A DNA stretch of 64,000 nt from Macrostomum hystrix (Eukaryota > Animalia > Platyhelminthes). Numbering within the stretch: position 1 is the first letter of the stretch; every line of letters starts with the position of its first letter. Shown here piece after piece: positions 38,918 through 55,334 of the stretch. Under the pieces are notes generated by a model. That model did no database searches. It was not told the DNA's origin and saw only the letters and a list, made by a program, of their open reading frames with translations. The position numbers and the translations under genes were made by a program. The stretch is taken from the NCBI GenBank assembly GCA_950097015.1, contig CATNEN010000009.1:496001-560000 (forward strand), read 5' to 3'.

Positions 38918-41372
38918 TTAGTCAAACTGTGTGTTCAGCAGCTCCTGCAGGAACTCCAGCGTGATGCCCTGGCCGCCATGCTCTACCTGCAGGGTGGATC
39001 CGTCTGGCTTGGTGATGAGCAGCACAGTGTCATCCAGGTCCTGCAGTGTCACACCAGGGAACATGGCGTTTAAGTCGATTTGCACCGCTTCGCCTGTGTC
39101 AGCTGCCACACCAGCCTGACTGCCTCCTTCAGCGGCATTCGAAGTTGCGGCCTCGGCTTCAGGCTGCTGCTGGCCAGCGTCCGCGCCAGCCACCGCTACA
39201 GCCGCGCTACCAGCATCCTCGCTTGCGGCTGCTCCATTTTTCACTTCAGCGTTTTCGGAGGCTGAGGCCGCAGTGGCAGCCGCAGTTGCATCTGTTGCCA
39301 CGGCGCTATCAGTAGCCGGAGCTTCTTCAGACCTGCTTTCTGCGACGAGTACTTTTGATGGCGAAGCGCCAGCAACGCCTGTCACAGTCACCGTGCCAGA
39401 GGGTGAAGAAGATGCAGCGGCAGCGTCTCCCGCATCGGCTGTCTCTTGCATTACGGCAATCTGCTCGCCAGTGATCCGGTTGAAGAACTGTCCCGTGGCC
39501 ACCTCAATCACAAAGTCGGATGGCTGCCCGTTTTCATCCAGCACCTGCCGGAATAATTCGCTTTTTAGATTTGCGTGAGCACTTCACTCCTATGCTGTGC
39601 CAATCTAAGCTGGGTTGGATTTCATGAAGATATTACAAGTGACAATTTACAAATAGTTAGGTTTTACGTAGCTTTTGGCAACTTGGCAAATTGTCAAGTC
39701 GTCTCATCAAACGCATTACTTGTTGGAATTTTCACACGTGGCTTCATGAAATTCACTCCCTGTCACTGTATTAACCACCTTAAGTAAAACAATCTTATAA
39801 AGTCTAATTAACGCCTACAAACAAGGACACAAATAAAAACAACAAGGCACTGACTAAAGCAAGATGCTCACCTGATAATAACGCTCCACAGCAATGTCCT
39901 TGTCAGTGATAACTGGCTGTTGTGGTGGCTGCCGCTGCGGCTGTAACTGGCGAGTCTGGGCAGTCTTGGGGCCGATCTTCATGCTGATCTCGAAGCTGCC
40001 AGCGTTGGTGTCCGTCTGCACGCCGGACACGCCGCCAATACTGACTGGGACCTCGGGTTCAACCAGATGCGGCTGCAGGGTAGCAAAGCGGGTGCTCTGT
40101 CCGCCAACAAAGTCCTGCTGCGCCTGTGTGACCGCGGCAGCTGTGGCACCGGGTCCACGGCGCGATTGCAGCGAGGCCCGATGCCTGGGCGGCAGGTAGC
40201 CCTCGTTAAAGACTGCGCGGACGCCGTAGTTACCGACCTCGACGCCGAGAATATCGGCCTTGGCCTGGCTGTCTACGCATACAGAGCCGATTGGGCGCTG
40301 TTCGCTTGGCGGTAGGCGCACAAGGTGGTCTTTCAAGAACTTGCGGCTGATGTCTACCAAGTTTACCTGCGGGTAGGGTGGGTGCGGTGAAAATGGATTG
40401 CTTGGAAATGTCTGCGCAAGTCAGAGATTTGAGCAGACAAGCATTACACAGGCACTCACCAAGTCATCAACCAGCATAGCCAGGTTGGGCAAAGGCGGGT
40501 CGCCCCGCTCGGACTTGACCAGCAGGAAGTCGAAAGGGTTGGCCAGCTTGGCCAGTCTGGGCAGGCAGATGTCCACCAGCTCCTCATCTGTGCTTGTTTT
40601 CACGGCGGCCTTGAGGGCGCTGCGCTTGCGCACGGGCACGTACTGCGTGCGCCTGGCTTCGCGCTGTTCGTGGCGCAGCTGAACATGCTTAAGTAGGGCC
40701 TGACGCGACATAAACTGCAGGTCGCAACGATCGCACTGGAAGATAATAGAGTCGTCGGGATACAGGTAGCGGCCCGGCTTGCGACCCTCCTCCTCGGCGA
40801 TGGGATCAAAGTCCGGGTCCTCCTCTTCTGGGGAGCGCTTGCCGCGGCGTCGCTTACCGCCAGCCGGGCTGGCGCCGGTGTTGTCCAGGTCGCGGAAAAG
40901 TGCCTTTGATGGAGGGCTGAGGCCACTGCGGCCGACAGACACAGCGGGACCTGATGGCTTCTGCACCTCGCTCATGATGGACTGGTTGTGAAGCACCTGC
41001 GAGCGATGATGGTTGACATCCAGCCTTTTTAGTCCATTGTCTCGTCGCCTTAAGAGCGTTTCTGCTGTCTAGTTAAATCCTAGTTCGTTCTATCCATCCA
41101 GAACAAAAGCCACAAGGACGAAAGCACATTTAAAAACTTTTTCTCACCTGAGTAATCTGACTCAACTGTTCCTCGCTAAGGTTTTGCGTGGTGATGAAGC
41201 GATTGCCCTGCTGGATGATGCGAATGGGATTTTTATTAGAGCCTAGCGGCGCACTGGGGTCCTGCACTGGGATGGAGGCTTGGATGCGGCGTAGCTTCTC
41301 CATATTGATAGTAGCCGTGCCGCCGCCGTCCATGTCGGCTGTGAAGCTGCTGTCTGCGCCACTAAAATCCAT
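38918..41372 (-). CDS. C2H2 zinc-finger-containing protein of unknown family, 4 exons, 627 aa predicted
   Basis: Phase-0 GT-AG exons 41372-41148, 40996-40460, 40366-39872 and 39544-38918 sum to 1884 nt in frame. One FQCDRCDLQFMSRQALLKHVQLRH finger, basic NLS-like patches and an acidic/Ala-rich tail. Confidence 0.78.
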
Positions 41373-42347
41373 TGAGCTGCTTAACTAAGCTAGGGCTGCT
41401 GTGCTGCAAAATGTACAATTTTGTAAGATTTACTGTACTGTCTAGAGGCTTAGAATGATTCGAGAATATATGTATAATCCAAAAGAAATTATAAATATGT
41501 AATAACTACATAAAATCAAAAAAATTAATTTTCTTTAAATTAAAGATAAGTCTTTCGACAAACTGTTTGAGCGTTATGTTCTCAAAATGGCAAAACTGCA
41601 AAAAAAAGAAATCAAATACCTATCAGTCTAGTTTTTTTACTCCATTTGCTAAAATGATACAAAAATATATATTTGATTTATTCTACAAGACCTAAGTTGA
41701 TCCATTAAATTCCTAGAAACAAAATTCCACAATGTTATTCATATCAAACAGTCAAGGATCACATATTTAGCATTTGAACCAGTACATTTGAGGACAATGC
41801 TTTTTAACAGCTGGTCAAGTCTGAGAGACCCCAGTTACTGACATTGTCAACTGGGGGATCATTGTAGCTTTAAAAAGCTGTAAATTCAGCTGCTAAAAAG
41901 TATATACTAGACGAATTAAAAGTATTTCTGCTCCCCGAAGGGGGGCAAATCTTGCTAGTATCTACTAAACTTGTTACATCATACATTTTTGTGCATGTTG
42001 CATATGCCAAAAAATTTAGGCATGCCCATCAAAATTTGTGTGCATGGTGGGCACCGGCTAAGGCCTCGCTGCACGAAGGCACACTGTTCAATGTGCCATA
42101 TACAGAAAGAAAGGATAGGTGAAAAGAAAGGTGAGAAAGCCATTAAGTGCTGCGCCAGCGGAGCCAATCATTCAAGTGGTGAATACCTGCACTCGCAGTG
42201 CCACCCTGCAGCAGGAAGCGGCGACCCTGCGTTCCGAATTGGAGAGCGTACCGCAGCTTGCAGATGAAGAGTGGAAGTCACAGCAGGCAATAGCTGCCAG
42301 CTACAAAGCTGGATCCGTGTGCACAATCCGTGTGGCTTGTGCACACT

Positions 42348-42995
42348 GATCCACATGGATCCATACCAATAATTTTCTGCTTATCCACACGGCAGCTTGT
42401 ATGAATAGGTCTACAACTCTTTATATTTGCAGTGCCATTAATTTCAATTTTATCCACATGGAGCTGTGCCATTAATTTCAATTTTATCCACATTGAGCTG
42501 TGCCAATAATTTTCTTCTTATCCACACAGCAGCTTGTATGAATAGGTATAAAACTCTTTATATAAATATGCCATGCCATTAATATCAATTTTATCTACAT
42601 GGTTATCCACTGTGTTCTACATTTCAACCTACACATTCATTAACTGACATTAATGTCATCCTTTTTAATTATTGTAATAACAACTTACTAAATCTTTTGT
42701 CATCATTACATGTTTTTATTCTAATTGTATTGACTTAAAAAGTAAGAAGTCTATCAAAGAAAATCATTCGAGTCAACCAGCAGAATTATAGTCAACACAA
42801 AACTTGTCACACATATTATCACACATCATTGTTATTATTTTACACTCTGCATTGATAGTGTACACTATACACTATACTCTGAAGCAAAAGCCTTATGCTC
42901 AGAGAAGAATAGGTAGGGACTTGAAAGTAGACCTATTCATACAAGCTGCAGTGTGGAAAAGCAGAAAATTATTGGCACAGATCCGTGTGGATCAA
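42348..42995. mobile_element. Decayed MITE/foldback element with long inverted repeats
   Basis: 42348-42415 is the reverse complement of about 42927-42995 (for example GCAGCTTGTATGAATAGGTCTAC and GTAGACCTATTCATACAAGCTGC). Internal roughly 35-bp subterminal repeats at 42431-42550. No TSD identified. Confidence 0.6.
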
Positions 42996-44448
42996 ATTGA
43001 AATTATTGGCACGGGACCATGGGAATAAGCACTTCCAAATTAATAAACATATTATATTGTCATGTAATTTAATCAGGTTCCAATTTTTGCAGTGGCTTTC
43101 TACAATAGTTATAGTTCCAGTTTGCAGCACTTTTCTTAGCCCTTTTAGCTTGTTTTAATACTTTAAGCACCATAGGCCTAGGCCTATTTCTATAAGTGTT
43201 ACATTGTAAGCCTAGAACTACTAGTTGAGATAAAGATTGAAGGCCTAGTACTAAAACTGTGCCTTTTCATTTATAAATAATCAATACATCATCTATCTAT
43301 GCCTTGCCTTCCATTATTTATTAGCAAATCTTAGACTTAGACTTAGCAAATCTTAAAATATTTAGCTTGGCCTAACAAATTTTTAGCAAACTTGTCATGT
43401 CATTTTATTTGATATGAATTTCAATTTTTTTGTGTATTCATTACTTTTAGCTTATAGCATAGTCAGGAATTGGGCAGTGTGTTCTAGAAAAAAATTGTGG
43501 CCACTGAAAATGACAAATAAGCTAACAGTTAAAACCACTTTGTGTGCTAGGCCTATGCTTTGCAACAATAAAATACATTTTGTTTGCAAATTTTTGCTTC
43601 TTGTGTACTGTGTAACATCATTAAAAGAGCTGGAAATATATAATGAAATGATAAGTTTTAATAACCAAAACAAAAAACGTTATAAATTGAAACTAAAAAA
43701 GTAGCTAGGCCTAATCTACATAAATGCTATTATCGTTAAGAAAAGAACAAATAATGAGAATGACAACATGTCCTTACTGCTAAGCAATTGAGAATTGTTT
43801 AGCTAAGTAGTACAAATCATTTGGAAATTATAGACGCAATATATGTGTTTTATCAATAGTTAATATGAATCGGTTCAGAAGGACAAAAAACGAATTACAC
43901 GAACTTTTTAATACGCATTATAACACAAATTCTACGTGCAAACTACAGTAAGATATAACAGGTAGAGTTAGATTAGGACTTTAGAGCGAAAAAAAAATAT
44001 ATGAGCAACATATGTATAAAAAAGTTTTTTTAGACACTATATTTTCCATTGGACGGCGACATTAGGTGCCATGAATTTATTGACTCTACTCGACATGTAA
44101 ATTAATTGTCTAGAAAGTCATTTTCAAATTTATGCAAACACATCGTGCAAGTAAAATAATCCTATTGTAGTAAAACAAATTTTGCAGAAGCAAGTAAAGA
44201 ATTGCGTATATACATAGTTAAATAAAATAATTATGTTAAATAAAAAATTAAATAGTTGTTATTAGTACATGAATATTATCTAAGGGTTAACTGTTTATCC
44301 TTCTACATTTTAACATGTCGGATAAGTGTCATTTTTTAGATTTGGTCTAACATTTTTATGAAAAATATTTTCTTTGATTTTTACCCTTAACCATCATTCT
44401 AAAATAAACTTAGTAAAATAAAAAACTAGACAAAATATTTGTATTATA

Positions 44449-47356
<2,908 letters not shown>

Positions 47357-47702
47357 TGGCGATTAGCTGCTGAAACTGCTTGCGCGACTGGCATTCGGAT
47401 CGCAGCTAATGATTGTATTTGTCCGTGTTCGGACTTCAGATCTATTGCAGATTTATTGATTACGCGCTGGCTCAATTGCTATAAACTATTTTGACTATTC
47501 GAGAAAAATGCGTTTCCATTCAACTACTTACAGTAACATGAGATTGGTTTTTTATATATTTCAGGCAGAAAAACGGTTCCATTTTTCTTCGTGGAGCGTG
47601 ATTCGATTATCTTTTTGTCATTTCAGAGTAAATATAATAATTTGGATAGCTATTTTTCTAAGACTTTTATCACCCAGATGCTTGCAGTCCATTGCTCATT
47701 GC

Positions 47703-50700
47703 ATCATTCTGTGTCCCGTCCATTGCAAACAAGCGCCCATCTATTCCACTGCAGCATTCTGTGTCCCGTCCATTGCAAACAAGCGCCCATCTATTCCACT
47801 GCAGCATTCTGTGTCCCGTCCATTGCAAACAAGCGCCCATCTATTCCACTGCAGCATTCTGTGTCCCGTCCATTGCAAACAAGCGCCCATCTATTCCACT
47901 GCAGCATTCTGTGTCCAGTCCATTGCAAACAAGCGCCCATCTATTCCACTGCAGCATTCTGTGTCCCGTCCATTGCAAACAAGCGCCCATCTATTCCACT
48001 GCAGCATTCTGTGTCCAGTCCATTGCAAACAAGCGCCCATCTATTCCACTGCAGCATTCTGTGTCCAGTCCATTGCAAGCAAGCGCCCATCTATTCCACT
48101 GCAGCATTCTGTGTCCAGTCCATTGCAAGCAAGCGCCCATCTATTCCACTGCAGCATTCTGTGTCCCGTCCATTGCAAACAAGCGCCCATCTATTCCACT
48201 GCAGCATTCTGTGTCCCATCCATTGCAAACAAGCGCCCATCTATTCCACTGCAGCATTCTGTGTCCCATCCATTGCAAACAAGCGCCCATCTATTCCACT
48301 GCAGCATTCTGTGTCCCATCCATTGCAAACAAGCGCCCATCTATTCCACTGCAGCATTCTGTGTCCCATCCATTGCAAACAAGCGCCCATCTATTCCACT
48401 GCAGCATTCTGTGTCCCATCCATTGCAAACAAGCGCCCATCTATTCCACTGCAGCATTCTGTGTCCCATCCATTGCAAACAAGCGCCCATCTATTCCACT
48501 GCAGCATTCTGTGTCCCATCCATTGCAAACAAGCGCCCATCTATTCCACTGCAGCATTCTGTGTCCCGTCCATTGCAAACAAGCGCCCATCTATTCCACT
48601 GCAGCATTCTGTGTCCCGTCCATTGCAAACAAGCGCCCATCTATTCCACTGCAGCATTCTGTGTCCAGTCCATTGCAAACAAGCGCCCATCTATTCCACT
48701 GCAGCATTCTGTGTCCCGTCCATTGCAAACAAGCGCCCATCTATTCCACTGCAGCATTCTGTGTCCCATCCATTGCAAACAAGCGCCCATCTATTCCACT
48801 GCAGCATTCTGTGTCCAGTCCATTGCAAACAAGCGCCCATCTATTCCACTGCAGCATTCTGTGTCCAGTCCATTGCAAACAAGCGCCCATCTATTCCACT
48901 GCAGCATTCTGTGTCCAGTCCATTGCAAACAAGCGCCCATCTATTCCACTGCAGCATTCTGTGTCCCATCCATTGCAAACAAGCGCCCATCTATTCCACT
49001 GCAGCATTCTGTGTCCCATCCATTGCAAACAAGCGCCCATCTATTCCACTGCAGCATTCTGTGTCCCATCCATTGCAAACAAGCGCCCATCTATTCCACT
49101 GCAGCATTCTGTGTCCAGTCCATTGCAAACAAGCGCCCATCTATTCCACTGCAGCATTCTGTGTCCAGTCCATTGCAAACAAGCGCCCATCTATTCCACT
49201 GCAGCATTCTGTGTCCCGTCCATTGCAAACAAGCGCCCATCTATTCCACTGCAGCATTCTGTGTCCCATCCATTGCAAACAAGCGCCCATCTATTCCACT
49301 GCAGCATTCTGTGTCCCATCCATTGCAAACAAGCGCCCATCTATTCCACTGCAGCATTCTGTGTCCCGTCCATTGCAAACAAGCGCCCATCTATTCCACT
49401 GCAGCATTCTGTGTCCAGTCCATTGCAAACAAGCGCCCATCTATTCCACTGCAGCATTCTGTGTCCCGTCCATTGCAAACAAGCGCCCATCTATTCCACT
49501 GCATCATTCTGTGTCCCATCCATTGCAAACAAGCGCCCATCTATTCCACTGCATCATTCTGTGTCCCGTCCATTGCAAACAAGCGCCCATCTATTCCACT
49601 GCAGCATTCTGTGTCCCATCCATTGCAAACAAGCGCCCATCTATTCCACTGCAGCATTCTGTGTCCCATCCATTGCAAACAAGCGCCCATCTATTCCACT
49701 GCAGCATTCTGTGTCCCATCCATTGCAAACAAGCGCCCATCTATTCTACTGCAGCATTCTGTGTCCCATCCATTGCAAACAAGCGCCCATCTATTCCACT
49801 GCATCATTCTGTGTCCCGTCCATTGCAAACAAGCGCCCATCTATTCCACTGCAGCATTCTGTGTCCCGTCCATTGCAAACAAGCGCCCATCTATTCCACT
49901 GCAGCATTCTGTGTCCAGTCCATTGCAAACAAGCGCCCATCTATTCCACTGCAGCATTCTGTGTCCCATCCATTGCAAACAAGCGCCCATCTATTCCACT
50001 GCAGCATTCTGTGTCCCATCCATTGCAAACAAGCGCCCATCTATTCCACTGCAGCATTCTGTGTCCCATCCATTGCAAACAAGCGCCCATCTATTCCACT
50101 GCAGCATTCTGTGTCCCATCCATTGCAAACAAGCGCCCATCTATTCCACTGCAGCATTCTGTGTCCAGTCCATTGCAAACAAGCGCCCATCTATTCCACT
50201 GCAGCATTCTGTGTCCCATCCATTGCAAACAAGCGCCCATCTATTCCACTGCAGCATTCTGTGTCCCATCCATTGCAAACAAGCGCCCATCTATTCCACT
50301 GCAGCATTCTGTGTCCAGTCCATTGCAAACAAGCGCCCATCTATTCCACTGCAGCATTCTGTGTCCCATCCATTGCAAACAAGCGCCCATCTATTCCACT
50401 GCAGCATTCTGTGTCCCGTCCATTGCAAACAAGCGCCCATCTATTCCACTGCATCATTCTGTGTCCAGTCCATTGCAAACAAGCGCCCATCTATTCCACT
50501 GCAGCATTCTGTGTCCAGTCCATTGCAAACAAGCGCCCATCTATTCCACTGCAGCATTCTGTGTCCCGTCCATTGCAAACAAGCGCCCATCTATTCCACT
50601 GCAGCATTCTGTGTCCCATCCATTGCAAACAAGCGCCCATCTATTCCACTGCAGCATTCTGTGTCCCATCCATTGCAAACAAGCGCCCATCTATTCCACT

Positions 50701-50810
50701 GCAGCATTCTGTGTCCCGTCCATTGCAAACAAGCGCCCATCTATTCCACTGCAGCATTCTGTGTCCCATCCATTGCAAACAAGCGCCCATCTATTTCACT
50801 GCAGCATTGT
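47703..50810. repeat. 50-bp minisatellite, about 62 copies
   Basis: CATTCTGTGTCCCGTCCATTGCAAACAAGCGCCCATCTATTCCACTGCAG. It has no stop in any + frame, hence three ORFs over 1000 aa. Confidence 0.98.
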
Positions 50811-51149
50811 GTCCATTTGCACTTGTCTCCGAGCTCAGGTTCTGTGAGACCGTGGCGCTGCGAGCTCAGAGCAGGTGAAAACTTTCTGTCCACAGTGCAA
50901 ACCGCAAATTTGGCAAACATTTAAAATTTACTTTCACCGTCTGCACCTCCGCGTGCACCTGTATAGACTTGTCAGTGCCTTTTCAACAAAAATGCTATTT
51001 TTCTATATCATATTTTCTGATGGAACTCATGACTGACGAGCAGTGCCTTATCATACTGGTCTGTTGATGCCTGTTAAAATCATTTTCATTAAAATTTGTC
51101 CGTCTGTTTTGTGAAGGCAGACTAAACGGGCTGTCAATCTGTACTAGTA

Positions 51150-51732
51150 TTATCAGAGCTGTCAGCCTGTATTATCACAGCTGTCAGCCTGTATTATCAC
51201 AGCTGTCAGCCTGTATTATCACAGCTGTCAGCCTGTATTATCAGAGCTGTCAGCCTGTATTATCACAGCTGCCAGTCTGTATTATCACAGCTGTCAGCCT
51301 GTATTATCACAGCTGTCAGCCTGTATTATCACAGCTGTCAGCCTGTATTATCACAGCTGTCAGCCTGTATTATCACAGCTGTCAGCCTGTATTATCACAG
51401 CTGTCAGCCTGTATTATCACAGCTGTCAGCCTGTATTATCACAGCTGCCAGTCTGTATTATCACAGCTGTCAGCCTGTATTATCACAGCTGTCAGCCTGT
51501 ATTATCACAGCTGCCAGTCTGTATTATCACAGCTGTCAGCCTGTATTATCACAGCTGTCAGCCTGTATTATCACAGCTGTCAGCCTGTATTATCAGAGCT
51601 GTCAGCCTGTATTATCACAGCTGTCAGCCTGTATTATCACAGCTGTCAGTCTGTATTATCACAGCTGTCAGCCTGTATTATCACAGCTGTCAGCCTGTAT
51701 TATCACAGCTGTCAGCCTGTATTATCAGAGCT
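51150..51732. repeat. 22-bp minisatellite, about 26 copies
   Basis: AGCTGTCAGCCTGTATTATCAC tandem. Confidence 0.96.
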
Positions 51733-52120
51733 CTCTGACTTAGGAACATGTATCGATTTTCCCCAGAAACTGATGCGTCGGCAAGCTGTCCATGGACATT
51801 GTGGACTCGATGTCCTTTCTGTAGCCGGCTGTATTTTGGAATCAGTTCCATTTGGAACAGCCCCAGTCAATTGTGCCTTCAATCGCAAAGTACATTGGAA
51901 ACCTTTACTTTTATTTTTATCGCTTAGATGTGCTATCAGAGCTTTTCATTCCTTGATTCTTACACTATTTATTCTTTGCTATAAGTAGACAAGACCCCGA
52001 GCAGATCTGTGAGATTCTGCTCATTTTTATCGACTCGCTCAGTTTTCGAGCTCATACAAAAACTCGCAAGCCATTGAATTTTTCATTAACTTCTAGCAGG
52101 TCATTCGCTATAAAATGATC

Positions 52121-52700
52121 TCAGAGCCGCACTTAGTTGGTACAGGGCGTGAGCTCCCAGAGCCTCACTTAGTTGGTACAGGGCGTGAGCTCCCAGAGCC
52201 TCACTTAGTTGGTACAGGGCGTGAGCTCCCAGAGCCTCACTTAGTTGGTACAGGGCGTGAGCTCCCAGAGCCTCACTTTAGTTGGTACAGGGCGTGAGCT
52301 CCCAGAGCCTCACTTAGTTGGTACAGGGCGTGAGCTCCCAGAGCCTCACTTAGTTGGTACAGGGCGTGAGCTCCCAGAGCCTCACTTAGTTGGTACAGGG
52401 CGTGAGCTCCCAGAGCCTCACTTAGTTGGTACAGGGCGTGAGCTCCCAGAGCCTCACTTAGTTGGTACAGGGCGTGAGCTCCCAGAGCCTCACTTAGTTG
52501 GTACAGGGCGTGAGCTCCCAGAGCCTCACTTAGTTGGTACAGGGCGTGAGCTCCCAGAGCCTCACTTAGTTGGTACAGGGCGTGAGCTCCCAGAGCCTCA
52601 CTTAGTTGGTACAGGGCGTGAGCTCCCAGAGCCTCACTTAGTTGGTACAGGGCGTGAGCTCCCAGAGCCTCACTTAGTTGATGCTGGGCCTGAGCTCCCA
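52121..52700. repeat. 36-bp minisatellite, about 16 copies
   Basis: GAGCTCCCAGAGCCTCACTTAGTTGGTACAGGGCGT tandem. Confidence 0.96.
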
Positions 52701-53106
52701 GTTGGCAATTTGGCCAGGATTTTGAGACTTCTCTATCAGGCTCTTGGCCTAGCTAGAAGCTTCTGACAAGCAGGTCTTTTCACTTCTTGGATTTTAGTAG
52801 AGCAGCGATGAGCACAAAAACTCATATTTAAAAATGGCTGCAAATACAACGAGCCCAGCCCCTCCCTACCAAAGCTGGGATTTGAGTTCGGCAGCTCATG
52901 CCAAAGTGAGAGAGGAGGAAACCCGATCAGCGAGATGCAGCCGGAAGGTTTTCAAACTCGACAGATTCGCGAGAGTGCAAGCCATGGATTACGGGCGCTC
53001 CCACTTCCTCCTCCAGACGTGCTTCATAGCCCTTTGCTTCTCAGCTGCGCTCCAAGCCTGAGTTGTGAGATCTCTCACACATCATTCAAGTGCTTCATAG
53101 TCCATA

Positions 53107-54425
53107 GATTCATCGGGCAAGCGGTTGGAGGACAGCCGAGCCTACGGAGATTCATCGGGCAAGCGGTTGGAGGTCAGCCGAGCCTACGGAGATTCATCGG
53201 GCAAGTAGTTGGAGGACAGCCGAGCCTACGGAGATTCATCGGGCAAGCGGTTGGAGGACAGCCGAGCCTACGAAGATTCATCGGGCAAGTAGTTGGAGGA
53301 CAGCCGAGCCTACGGAGATTCATCGGGCAAGCGTTTGGAGGTCAGCCGAGCCTACGGAGATTCATCGGGCAAGCGGTTGGAGGTCAGCCGAGCCTACGGA
53401 GATTCATCGGGCAAGTGGTTGGAGGACAGCCGAGCCTACGGAGATTCATCGGGCAAGCGGTTGGAGGTCAGCCGAGCCTACGGAGATTCATCGGGCAAGC
53501 CGTTGGAGGTCAGCCGAGCCTATGGAGATTCATCGGGCAAGCCGTTGGAGGTCAGCCGAGCCTATGGAGATTCATCGGGCAAGCGGTTGGAGGTCAGCCG
53601 AGCCTACGGAGATTCATCGGGCAAGTTGTTGGAGGACAGCCGAGCCTACGGAGATTCATCGGGCAAGCGGTTGGAGGTCAGCCGAGCCTACGGAGATTCA
53701 TCGGGCAAGCGGTTGGAGGTCAGCCGAGCCTACGGAGATTCATCGGGCAAGTGGTTGGAGGACAGCCGAGCCTACGGAGATTCATCGGGCAAGCGGTTGG
53801 AGGTCAGCCGAGCCTACGGAGATTCATCGGGCAAGCGGTTGGAGGTCAGCCGAGCCTACGGAGATTCATCGGGCAAGCGGTTGGAGGTCAGCCGAGCCTA
53901 CGGAGATTCATCGGGCAAGTGGTTGGAGGTCAGCCGAGCCTACGGAGATTCATCGGGCAAGTGGTTGGAGGACAGCCGAGCCTACGGAGATTCATCGGGC
54001 AAGCGGTTGGAGGTCAGCCGAGCCTACGGAGATTCATCGGGCAAGTGGTTGGAGGTCAGCCGAGCCTACGGAGATTCATCGGGCAAGTGGTTGGAGGACA
54101 GCCGAGCCTACGGAGATTCATCGGGCAAGCGGTTGGAGGTCAGCCGAGCCTACGGAGATTCATCGGGCAAGCGGTTGGAGGTCAGCCGAGCCTACGGAGA
54201 TTCATCGGGCAAGCGGTTGGAGGACAGCCGAGCCTACGGAGATTCATCGGGCAAGCGGTTGGAGGACAGCCGAGCCTACGGAGATTCATCGGGCAAGCGG
54301 TTGGAGGACAGCCGAGCCTACGGAGATTCATCGGGCAAGCGGTTGGAGGACAGCCGAGCCTACGGAGATTCATCGGGCAAGCGGTTGGAGGTCAGCCGAG
54401 CCTACGGAGATTCATCGGGCAAGCG
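53107..54425. repeat. 42-bp minisatellite, about 31 copies
   Basis: GGAGATTCATCGGGCAAGCGGTTGGAGGTCAGCCGAGCCTAC tandem. Confidence 0.97.
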
Positions 54426-55334
54426 ACCAAATCGACTACATTTTCTGTGTAAAATATTCACCTTCTAATTTTTAAGTTAATCAAAAAAATTATAAATTTC
54501 ATGTTCCTTAGCCGTGAAGAAATAATTATTTAATTTTTTAAAGTCAAGGCAAATAAACCGAAGATTAAAAATAAAAAATTCAGAAGGCTGATCAATATTT
54601 CTTAGCTATGGATTACACATGGCCTTATTTTCCACATTTCGACCCGAGCTGTAAATTTACTCAAAGCTTCATGAGCTCCCTCTCTGGATTGGCTGAAACT
54701 AATTATTCTCTCTCTGGGTTTAATTAGTCTGAACCCAAGCTCTCTCGTGACACCTCATAATTATAAAATGAGTTAGTTGAGCTTATACTGGTGTAACTTC
54801 ATTCTTTAGAACGATGAGAATGCTTTTGGGTGTCACCAGTTTGTAGTGCTCAGTTGCCATTGTCAGGTACCCTTCTCAAATTGGTTGCATTGGTTATTAA
54901 ATACAGGATCTGTTGTATCTCCACTATGCATCCGTATTACACTTACACTTTCGTACGTTGAGGCCCAACTGAAATTCACATTTTTACCCGCCTGCTTTCA
55001 CAGTTTACTTTGCTCCTAGATTGTCTACTCTAGGGATTCATAGAGCTGGGTGCACTTTGAGTCGCAGAGCGGCCCGCAGGGTTTCAGAGGCAGCAGGTTT
55101 CACGGCGCTCTGGTCTTTTATGTTTTCTGCACTCCAGTCTGCAGTCGTAGCGGCCAGGTCTCAAGGGGAAGCCAATAAAACTGCGTAGTACATCTCTGAT
55201 GTATTTGTGAAATGCTTACACATCAACGGCTGGATTAAGCACTTCAAAAATAAAAACCTGCTTGTCTTAACTGTCGCAAAATGATTGGATTAGCGGTCGA
55301 CGCAGGGTGCTGATCACCTTCTGAATTTATTCGA

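Noticed and set aside
41971-42349. Cys/His-rich and helical short ORFs next to the inverted-repeat element
   Set aside because: They are fragmentary and in different frames. They may be transposon debris, but no motif could be confirmed.
47508-50924. Three ORFs over 1000 aa with His/Cys-rich repeats
   Set aside because: A 50-bp unit cycles through all frames, so the three proteins are the same 50-aa permutation. This is a repeat artefact.
52834-53061. 75-aa ORF with a hydrophobic end (MAANTTSPAPP...FIALCFSAALQA)
   Set aside because: No recognisable family, and no clear donor site or downstream exon.
52115-54475. Repeat ORFs ELPEPHLVGTGR and RRFIGQAVGGQPSL
   Set aside because: They arise from stop-free 36-bp and 42-bp arrays, are open in several frames, and have no domain evidence.
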